Shown here: positions 37,239 to 48,217 of the stretch, one piece after another
How positions within the stretch are numbered: position 1 is the first letter of the stretch
Layout: every line of letters begins with the position of its first letter
Source: Octopus bimaculoides
Taxonomy: Eukaryota
NCBI RefSeq assembly: GCF_001194135.2
Contig: NC_068993.1
Location: 55,887,855-55,951,854, forward strand
DNA length: 64,000 nucleotides
Direction: 5' to 3'
Made by a program: the position numbers and the translations under genes
The notes under the pieces: model-generated
What the model was told of the DNA's origin: nothing
What the model saw: the letters and a program-made list of their open reading frames with translations, nothing else
Databases searched by the model: none

Positions 37239-37336
37239 AGTAAAGAATATGTACACTCGGTGTTTAGGGTTAGGGTTAGAGTTCTTGTTAGAATACGTAC
37301 ACCACCCGAAAACGGGTGGTGTACGTATTCTTTACC
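37239..37336. mobile_element. Mini TIR-like structure with TTAGGG tract and perfect 19-bp hairpin
   Basis: gtaaagaatatgtacac ... gtgtacgtattctttacc ends; hairpin 37290-37331 with AAAA loop; no TSD found. Confidence 0.55.
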
Positions 37337-37994
37337 TCCGCCGACATCTGATTAGAAAGTCGCTGGAAATAATCGCACGATTCTTCAAGCCAAGTCAACC
37401 GGTAAAAGATTTAGGGATAGACCACCAGGGCTGGATTCATATCCATAGTTTTGGTTGGTGACACTCGGGAATCCAACAGGAAAGTGTAATGACGGTTGCT
37501 TCTGGTAGGAAGGACCCTATGGAAAGGTGCTCGAGGACTCTACCCTTACAACCTTCCCAGGTATCGTGGACAGAGAAAATGGATGGATGTGATATGCTAA
37601 TAATACCTGTATACAATACTAATGATTTTAACATCCCCTTATCGCTTCTTTTCCCACTATCAGACAATGCTTGTGAGGGTGTCTGGTTTTCTATCTCCTC
37701 AGCTAAGCTGAGTGTTTGGGGTTGCCTCAAAGACTTTTAGAGGAAGTAATCCTTCGTTTTATGTATCCAAAACGTAAAAAAAAAAATGGCAATAATCACC
37801 GTTAGATGACTAAAACTCAGCAATTAAATTAAAATGGAAGAATTTTTTTTTCTTTCAAATTAAAAAGATTATTATGAATTTGTGTATAGAAGAAATAAAT
37901 GGTTGAAACCTTTTATACAGCATGCGTCTGTGAGGAGCATGGCGGACTTAATTATAATTAAAAGTAATGATGTAATTGAAAGATATTCTGCACC

Positions 37995-38120
37995 ATAACG
38001 TCTGATATTGAAAGTACAATTAATTTTCTTGCATCGTTGGGATTTATTTAATTAAGAGGTTAGCTGAATCAATGCGTTTAGAGCATTGGCAGCCATGTTC
38101 AGATCAAAAAGCTCGGAAGT
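37995..38120 (+). pseudogene. Second, more decayed copy of the same transposase N-terminus
   Basis: ITSDIESTINFLASLGFI and ESMRLEHWQPCSDQKARK; shares the DNA motif tttcttgcatcgttgg with 43713-43728. Confidence 0.5.
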
Positions 38121-38318
38121 TTGGTATTGTATATGTTGCAAACATTTCTGAAACATCAAACAAAATTCCTTTTTCCTCTGAGTTTCATATTTGTCCTGTA
38201 GAGCTCGTGTGTGTATTAGTATGCACACGTTCAAATTCATGTATTAACCGCAGGCACCTCCGTCACTACCACCACTATACAGCATTCCTTCAGTTTTTTT
38301 TTCCTTGTTCTCCCTTTC

Positions 38319-38450
38319 TCTCTATCTCATACACACTCTCTCGCACTTTTCTTTCTCACTCTCTCTCTATCTCATACACACACTCTCGCACTTTTCTTTC
38401 TCACTCTCTCTTTATCTCATACACACTCTCTCGCACTTTTCTTTCTCACA
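38319..38450. repeat. 45-bp CT-rich tandem repeat x3
   Basis: tctctatctcatacacactctctcgcacttttctttctcactc unit repeated. Confidence 0.8.
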
Positions 38451-38696
38451 TCTCCCTCTATCTCACACGCCTTTTTTCATACATACACTCACATCGCTCT
38501 CTCACCTCTCTCATGCACACACTCTTTTTTTATGTCTTCTCTTTCTCTTCTTGTTCGTGATTTGTTGACTTTATCCATTTTCTGAAAGTTATCAGGAAAC
38601 AAGTCTGAGCAGGCGGGGTGGGGGGTGGACACCCTTGTGTAGGTATGCCATCATCATCGTCATCATCATCATTTCAATGTTATTATTTATTTATTT

Positions 38697-38905
38697 AAGG
38701 CGGCGAGCTGGCAGAAACGTGAGCACGCCGGGTGAAATGCTTAGCGGTATTTCGTCTGCGAATGTTCTGAGTTCAAATTCCGCCGAGGTCGACTTTGCTT
38801 CTTATCCTTGCGGGGTCGATAAATTAAGTACCAGTTGCGTACTAGGTCGAACTAATCGACCTGCCCTCTCCCCCAAAATGTCGGGCCTTGTGCCTAGAGT
38901 AGAAA
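38697..38905 (+). mobile_element. SINE family B (tRNA-like head, gagttcaaattccgccgaggtcgac)
   Basis: Related copies at about 10737-10925 (-), 18265-18470 (-), 53135-53275 (+), 59385-59540 (+). Confidence 0.8.
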
Positions 38906-39544
38906 ACAATGTTATTTATTTAAATATATCAAAATCCTTTGATATCGTATTCCACCTAAACTGATTTAACCAGCTTGAGATCGCTCCCAGTTATAGGACA
39001 CAAACTTCCTCTTTTTAAAGACACCCCCCCCCCCNNNNNNNNNNNNNNNNNNNNNNNNNNNNNNNNNNNNNNNNNNNNNNNNNNNNNNNNNNNNNNNNNN
39101 NNNNNNNCCCGCTCATCGCCGTCGTTGTCATCAAAACTTCCAATATCGCGTCTTGGTAACCTTTTTTCTTCATAATCGCTAAAAACATTATCGGAATCGC
39201 CACTACCGCCAAGAACAACCAAATAAATCATATCCTTACCAAAAAAGTTTTTAAAATAAGGAAGCATACAATGCCTATACAGAACCCTAGATATACAAAA
39301 AGACAGGATGATCACGGTTGGAACACTTTTGATCGAAGCCAACAGCGTCATCAAAGATGGTTATTTCATTATTGTTTTAATTGTTTTATTGTTTCATTAT
39401 CTCTAACCGTCGTTGCATTAAATTATTGTTGTCGTTTCTGTTCCTGTGTATTTATATGTGTTGTGTTGGTTTGTTGTAATTATTGTTATTGTTATTGTAA
39501 GTTCGTAAGAGCATCAGCGGTTGACTCTATTTTCACATATAGGG

Positions 39545-39905
39545 GACACGCGCACACACACATGCACACAAAGACAGACGCACGCACAAACACACACACA
39601 CTCACATGCACGCACTCACAGACGCCTGCACAAACACACAGATGCAAACACACACACACACACAGACGCAAACACACACACACACACAGACGCAAACACA
39701 CACACACACAGACGCACGCACAGCACATAAACATATACACACAGGCGCACACACACAAGTGCACACATACACACATAGACGCACACACATACACATTCAC
39801 AAACACACATTTAATTATGTTGTCCAACAAGAAGAGCAACAATAAACATTGCATATGTCATCATCATCATCATCATCATCACCATCACCACCACCACCAT
39901 CTGCA
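39545..39905. repeat. (CA)n-rich and (CAT)n microsatellite complex
   Basis: Direct inspection. Confidence 0.9.
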
Positions 39906-40276
39906 TGATAAAATAACTAAGAAAATTGGTCCGTTGGTGTTGGATCGTCTTTCGGCCGACTTACCTGCACGCCATAAGGATTTGCTCGATAAGACCTACC
40001 TTGGAGGCTACACAACAATATCATCATCGCCGTCGTCGTCGTCATTGTCATCATGCCCACCACCACCATCATCATTATATTAGCATCTTCGTCATTCATC
40101 GTCGTTGTTGTCGTCACCACCATCGTCATGATCGACCCATCATCATCACCATCCACAGCAACGGCAACGAAAGTCGCAAAAGATTTGACAAGACAGGTGA
40201 GTGAAAATCGTACAGCACAGTGAGTGTTCGGTTAGCACTCAGTATTTTACCTGGGTGGGGTGAGAGCAGTAGCCCC

Positions 40277-40458
40277 ATGGTAACAAGAGGTGGGTGGTTA
40301 GCACACAAAATGTTGCCCCACAATCGTCTAGAAGAAGTCGGGTTCGAACGACAGAAGAGCTGGGTAGGCTTTACCCGTCGTTTAACGAAATCTAACAATA
40401 GCAACAGTTGTGGTTTCTCATCTGATTCAACATGGAGCCAAAGTGATTTTTCTCAACG
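40277..40458 (+). CDS. Uncharacterised gene, candidate coding exon 1 (MVTRGGWLAHK...SQSDFSQR)
   Basis: ATG at 40277, open frame, donor CG|GTAAGT phase 2 matching the next exon. Confidence 0.5.
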
Positions 40459-40802
40459 GTAAGTGGACAAACTGTTTGTGTGAACGCACTACACTACACA
40501 CACACGAAGTGTGTGTATAAAGCGCGAAACTGATGGGACATTCTGGATATGGACTGAAGAATAAATCGGTTGTGAATGGTCCATGTATCTTGTCCAGTTT
40601 CCTTCTTATGTTATCGTCTAGTTTTCTGTATGTTTTTCGTTGGATTTATGCTTGCTCTGTTTTCTCCTTGTTGTGTTCTTGTTCAACCATTGATTTATAT
40701 GTATATAATTGAATAAGATGGTCAACCATACATATATATGTATGTATACGAGGTATGTATGTATGCTTGTGCGGTATAATTGTCATTATTATCTGTATTT
40801 GA

Positions 40803-40836
<34 letters not shown>

Positions 40837-40845
40837 TTACCTTAC

Positions 40846-40903
<58 letters not shown>

Positions 40904-41735
40904 GTGTGTATGCGTGTGTGTATCTGTCTGTCTATGTATGTATGTATGTATGTATGTATGTATGTATGTATGTGTCTTGGGTGTCACATACGTAGCCCGA
41001 ACGGAGAGGGATCGAAAGATTCGAACCCTCTCCGGTTACCGGTATATGGTTTTTCAAAAATATATCTGCATGAGTATATGTATGTTTATGAAGATAATTT
41101 TCGCAATCACTGGACCCCCAAATCGTATCCATTCTATTGCGTAGCATTTAAAACACTTTTTTTTTCATACGGGGTCGAATCAAAGCTATGTGAGTAAAAC
41201 TGTATGGAGGTGACATTACGGAAGCTGATCAAAGAAACTCTATACGTAATGCAAAGGTCCAAGCTTGTCACACTATGTCATGTTGCATGTGTTTGCGATA
41301 TACGTTAAGGATCCAAGTATATGTGGAATATTCAGCCACTTACTAAATAATTTAATAGGTGGGAAGTTCAGTCGATCGAACAGCTGGAATACTCATCGTC
41401 GAAACAGACGGAAATCCATTAATTTTTTTACTCTGTATATGTGTGAGGAAAATATTTTGACTGAATATCTGTCCGGGTTGGATGTTTTTATATTAAAAAT
41501 GAAAGAGAAGAGAGAGAAAAAAAAAAGAGAAAGAATAGGTTTGTTACATGTTGTTACATGTTGTCTGCTTTTATCTGTGTGTAAGTGCTTTTGTTTTATC
41601 ACAGCAGGTTGATAATAGGAAGGAAAAAAGTGCCTACGCACACACATACTCACACGCACACACACACACACAGAGAAGCGTTACTTTTTTATTTACAGAT
41701 CAACACTGACAGCAATGACCTGGTTTTGCATAATG

Positions 41736-41773
<38 letters not shown>

Positions 41774-44700
41774 NNNNNNNNNNNNNNNNNNNNNNNNNNN
41801 NNNNNNNNNNNNNNNNNNNNNNNNNNNNNNNNNNNNNNNNNNNNNNNNNNNNNNNNNNNNNNNNNNNNNNNNNNNNNNNNNNNNNNNNNNNNNNNNNNNN
41901 NNNNNNNNNNNNNNNNNNNNNNNNNNNNNNNNNNNNNNNNNNNNNNNNNNNNNNNNNNNNNNNNNNNNNNNNNNNNNNNNNNNNNNNNNNNNNNNNNNNN
42001 NNNNNNNNNNNNNNNNNNNNNNNNNNNNNNNNNNNNNNNNNNNNNNNNNNNNNNNNNNNNNNNNNNNNNNNNNNNNNNNNNNNNNNNNNNNNNNNNNNNN
42101 NNNNNNNNNNNNNNNNNNNNNNNNNNNNNNNNNNNNNNNNNNNNNNNNNNNNNNNNNNNNNNNNNNNNNNNNNNNNNNNNNNNNNNNNNNNNNNNNNNNN
42201 NNNNNNNNNNNNNNNNNNNNNNNNNNNNNNNNNNNNNNNNNNNNNNNNNNNNNNNNNNNNNNNNNNNNNNNNNNNNNNNNNNNNNNNNNNNNNNNNNNNN
42301 NNNNNNNNNNNNNNNNNNNNNNNNNNNNNNNNNNNNNNNNNNNNNNNNNNNNNNNNNNNNNNNNNNNNNNNNNNNNNNNNNNNNNNNNNNNNNNNNNNNN
42401 NNNNNNNNNNNNNNNNNNNNNNNNNNNNNNNNNNNNNNNNNNNNNNNNNNNATATATATAACAGAAAGGGAAGAGTTTCGATTATCTCTATGTGGTGAGT
42501 TGTAACGCAAAAAAAATAAATAGGTGAAAAATGGTGAAAAAAAATAAAAATGTTGGACTAACGATTATGGTTTAAATATTATCACCAAGTATATACTTCC
42601 TGACTATATAAAAGTACAAACATACATATTGGCAGGCCTTTTGTTTGGTTTTGGTGAGGCCTGCATGAACAGGTACTGAGGTGCAATGTAACGCGTAAAA
42701 TTTAACAATGGTAAGGTTGGTCTCAATAGTATTCTTGTGCCCAAAGGAGCTAAGGATGTGAATTAGGTCCTTCCTAAGTCTATTTAGGGTATACCCATTC
42801 GCACCTCTAGAGATGGCTAAAGCATCATCTCTGTATAGACCGAAAAGGACTGATGGCAGCGTCTTTGTTAAGGTGTCCACTATATACAACCCTTTGAGGT
42901 CACAAATATCAGAGCTGTCTAAGTCTCCCACTGCCACATCGAAAGAGCCCTACCAGGTTAGTTTGTTTGACCCAGGCCAAAGGTCAGTTTGTTTGACCCA
43001 TGCCAAACCTTTATTGAACAGTAGCATTCTCCTAGCATGCATAATTATGTCTATGTTTCTATTGCAGAGTTAACAGAATTTCTATTCATATAGATAGGCA
43101 GACAGATTGTTGACTAGTATATTACTAGTTAAACTAAATAACAGGTCAAAATGTTATTGTGAGTGTGTGTGTGTTTATCTTTATTTAAATTATCAAGATA
43201 ACTAAAAGAATGATTTCGTTTTTGGATTTGGTTTGCAAGATTTTTTATGTGATTTCGTGTGTTGAAGCATATTCTGTTGTGTCTGGGGAGAGTCATTTTC
43301 TTATTGTGCCTTAAAATTTAACACACTCACCGGAACGAAAATTTTAGGAAAATAAAAAGAAAAATAAGTGGAAATTTTACCGGTGAGTGTGTTAAATTTT
43401 AAGGCACAATAAGAAAATGACTCTCCCCAGAGGTAAAAGAATGATGAAATCAGTTATAAGCTGCATTTGCTGGTGATTAAAACTTCACTGGAATAACTCT
43501 TTCCTTTTGAACTGAAAGTTTTATTTATTTCAAAATTGTTTATGTATATGAAAAAAAAAAAAAAAAAAAAATAACCAAACTTTTCAGACAGAAAATGTGT
43601 GTGGAAGTCACAGAAGGCGTAATTATAATTGACTCTGATGATTTGATTTGAAAGTAATTGCTTCCTATGGGATATTTGCAACATGATGATTGCTACTGAA
43701 AGTAACATTAAATTTCTTGCATCGTTGGAATTAATTAATAATCCAGCAGTGTGTTGTAATGAGCCAATGTGTTTGGTGAATTGCCAGACATGCTCAGATG
43801 GAAAACCTTAGAGATGTTGTACTTGCATGCTTTATTGAATTATTAGCCGAGTTTTTTTTCTTTTTTTGTCTGTGGCTCTCGTATCCCACTGCTTCACCCC
43901 GGATAGGTTTATCTGTGGTGGATGGCAATTAACTGCAAACAATCTGTTGTTATGGAGCTGGTTGGTATCAAGTATAGAAACAACAGTTAATTGGTATAAT
44001 GTCTTTGAATTCAGTTGCATTTAATAGCAAGTTTCCGGTTAATGCTGATTATTACTGATTACATTATATATATATATATTTTTGGACTTGGATGGTCTCA
44101 TACCACATTCACACAGGTATTTCTACAAGCAATTCATTCATCTCTTCCCTTATAACGCCTCCCTCAAGTCCTGCATTAATCTATGAGTGGACTGGAGTAA
44201 CATGAAATAAAGTGCCTTGCTCAAGGACATACTGTACTGCCAGGAATTGAACTCACGATCTTAATTCTGTGAGCTGAATACCGCTAAGTCTTTTCTCCTC
44301 AGAATGATCGCTCTCTGGAAAGCCCTTTCCCTGCTCATGTTTTTCTTGCATCTGTTGACTTACAACTGTTCATAAGGAACATTTATTATGTCAGTCTCAC
44401 TAGTAATGGAGGACTGTGAAAAACCACAAGCACAGTCCCTTCATCCAGAAAAAGAAAAAAAATGATATTCTGTTGGTTACGATGATGAGGGTTCCAGTTG
44501 ATTGGATCAACAGAACAGCCTGCTTGTGAAATTAAATGTGCAAGTGGCTGAGCACTCCACAGACACATGTACCCTTAATGTAGTTCTCAGGGAGATTCTG
44601 CATGACACAGAATGTGACAAGGCCGGCCCTTTGAATTACAGGTACAACTCACTTTTGCCAGCTGAGTGGACTGGAGCAATGTGTCTTGTTCAAGGACACA

Positions 44701-46998
44701 ATGGACTACCAAGAATTGAACTCACAACGTCATGGCCATGAGCCGAATGCCCTAACCACTAAGCCATGTGCCTTCACTTCCCAAGCAAACATGCCACTGC
44801 ATAACAATACCATCATACAACACCATACTCATTCACTATACTGGTAATTCTCTGTCTTTTTGAATTTGTCGGACACTCAAGACCAAACCAAAAATTACTG
44901 GAGCACTTTTTGTGCAAAGCAAAAAAATTACTGACACATTTCACACAGAAATTAGAAATATAAAAGGATTTAAAGTTAAAAATTTAGCAAAAATATAGAA
45001 AACCATTCTTTTTTGTCTTATTAATCATACATCGTCATCATCATCATCATCGTCAACATTTAACATCTGTTTTTAATGCAGGTATGGGTCGGATGGCTTG
45101 ACAGGAACTTGCATGGTCAGGGGTCACACCAGGTTCCATCGTCTTTTTTGGCATGGTTTCTATGGCTGGATGCCCATCCTAATGCCAACCACTTTACAGA
45201 GTGTACTGGGTGTTTTTTTCGTGGCACCATCGCCAGTGCGTTTTATACAGCATCAACACCAGTGTCTTTTATGTGGCACCAGCGTTCACACCAAAGTGTT
45301 TTACATGGCACCTTGGTTTTAGGATCTCAGTTCTGTTATGGTAGGCAGGTCTTCTTGAGTACAGTAATGTGCCACATGTATATCTCAGTCCTATTCTTTT
45401 ATTCTTTTACTTCTTTCAGTAGTAGTAGTAGTAGTAATATAGACAGAGCGACAATATAATGTTATATGCAAAAATCTCAAGATGGAAGATGTGGAGTTAC
45501 AACTTTATTACCTGTTCTTTGAATAAAATTTCTCCTCTGTCCTTCCAGAAACACATTATTGTCCAATATGAGAACCAAGTCAGCAGCATATTCCTGCTTC
45601 CAAGAGCAGCAAAGCTTTCATTTTGATGACACAACCCCATTTTCAAGAAGTAGCATTCTTCGAACAGAGCCTTGGTGAGTACCTTGTTTATCGAGCCATC
45701 GAAGAGCTAATAGTTACAGTTGGACCATGTTTCACTGATAAGGTTTAATAAGACTGAAACATACCAGGAGTTGTCACAGTACTATTAAAGACCACAATAT
45801 TTACTCCCTACAATATTCCATATTTAATTAATTTTCATTAATTTAAATTTTGGAGTTGTCTCCCTTGCTTCTTGTTTTATTTCTCATTTAGGAAATTATT
45901 GTTTTCTTTACTCAAAGAGGAATCTGTATCTGTTTCCAGTCCTTTTATTCTTATCGATACTGACCATGCTACTATTATTCTGGCACAGTCCATCTAGGAT
46001 TACATTATCTTATGTATCCTTCTTTTATTGTAACAAAACAAAAGTAGATTGTAATTAGGTTGTCATTTTCCGAGCAGAGGGACTACATAGAATCTCTGTT
46101 GTTGGTTTGTGATATTGCTTGTTGTTATTGCAGTGGTGGCGACAGATGTGGTGGTAGTGATGATGCTGACGATTATTGGATGGTGGGAGATGTGTTGGTT
46201 GTTGGAAGGGTGGTGGTGATAGCTGCTGGAGTAGTGTTGGTCGTGGGTGGTAGTGAGTAGTGGCGGAGGTGGTTGTTCTTGGAGTGGTAGTGATGTATGA
46301 GGTGGTGGCGGTTGTAATGTTGATGGTCGTTGAAATATTGGTAGTGGTGGCAGTAGTTGTTATAGTGGTGGTGGTGGTGGTGTTGCTGCTGGTTGTTTTG
46401 GGGGTGAATGGTGGTGGCAGTAATGGTAGTGGTTGGAGGTAAGTACTTTGGTGGTGGGGACATAATGGTTGAGATTGAGGAGGTGATGTCACATGAAAAT
46501 ACCTGTTCAGACACGTGCGCTTACGTGTGTATGCATGTATGTGTTTGTGTGTGCTTGTGTTTATATCTACTGATGTGTGTATATCTATGTGTGTATATAT
46601 GCATAAATGTATATGTATGTGTTTGTGTGTGTGTATAAATGTATGAGAGCAGATGTGCTTATACATACTTGTGTATATGTGGGTATATATATATATGTGT
46701 TTTGTATGCTTACGTGTGTGTGTATGTGTGCTTATATCTGCATGTCTATCTGTGTGTGTATGTATGCATATATTATGTGTGTGTTTGTGTGTGTATGAAT
46801 GTATGAGAGCTGATGTGTTTATATATGTTTAGTGTGTGTGTATATCTTTTGTATACTTACATGTGTGTGTGTGCTTATATCTGCTTATATGTGTATGTAT
46901 GCATATGTGTATCTGTGTGCGCGTGTGTATGTATTTGTGTTTATGTGTATGTGTGTGTATGAGTGCTGATATGCCCATATAATGTACTTATGTGTACT

Positions 46999-47031
<33 letters not shown>

Positions 47032-47485
47032 ATATATGTTTGTGGTGTAAATGTAGTGAGTTAATCTTTCTATCTGTATGTTGTTGTTAGGTCCCCAAGT
47101 CAAAACTGACAGAGCAAACTTACACTCAAAGCCATTCCACCCATGACCACCCTGTAATTTTAAAAGTATCTATGACAACAGTATCTAATGTGTCCTTTTC
47201 TTTTTCTAAATCAATAGGTTGTGTGATTTGAAGGAGATTTAGGTGTTATTTCTTGCAGGCTGGCCAACCACTTAGCAGTGCACTAAGTTTCTACAGCTGG
47301 ATACCCTTCCAAATGCCAACCACACTGAGAGTGTAGGGGTGCTTTTTACATGCCACCAGCACAGGAGCCAGTCAGGGGATACTGGCATTGGTCAAACACA
47401 CACACACCGTTTCTGTGTCTTGTGACACTATGCATTTGTATATCTATAAATGTAGTGTGTGGGTCTTTGTACATCTATGTCTTCC

Positions 47486-47525
<40 letters not shown>

Positions 47526-48162
47526 NNNNNNNNNNNNNNNNNNNNNNNNNNNNNNNNNNNNNNNNNNNNNNNNNNNNNNNNNNNNNNNNNNNNNNNNNNN
47601 NNNNNNNNNNNNNNNNNNNNNNNNNNNNNNNNNNNNNNNNNNNNNNNNNNNNNNNNNNNNNNNNNNNNNNNNNNNNNNNNNNNNNNNNNNNNNNNNNNNN
47701 NNNNNNNNNNNNNNNNNNNNNNNNNNNNNNNNNNNNNNNNNNNNNNNNNNNNNNNNNNNNNNNNNNNNNNNNNNNNNNNNNNNNNNNNNNNNNNNNNNNN
47801 NNNNNNNNNNNNNNNNNNNNNNNNNNNNNNGCCCCCCCCCCCACCTCATAAGCTGATAAACAGAAATTGATAAAGTAAAAAATAAACTGAAAAATACCTC
47901 CTCCAGTTGATATGATTAACTGAAATCCTTCAATGCTGCCACATGACCTTAGTTCAATGAATGAAACTGATAATGTGTACGAGAATGTTTGTGAGTGTGT
48001 GTGTGTGTGTGTGTATGTATGTTTGTGTCAATGAGTACTTAATAATTTGTTTTACAGACCAATTCTACATTAAGCTTAGACAATGTTTACTTGGACTGTA
48101 AGACCAGTTTGTGTTGATACACTGCACATACACATATACTCATATGAGTGTGTGTGTATGTG

Positions 48163-48217
<55 letters not shown>

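Noticed and set aside
37437-37740. Overlapping 97-aa and 83-aa ORFs
   Set aside because: No recognisable domain or splice structure; probably decayed repeat sequence.
39271-40083. 270-aa His/Thr-rich ORF and similar ORFs at 46055-46666 and 40709-41197
   Set aside because: Translations of (CA)n, (CAT)n and (TATG)n microsatellites.
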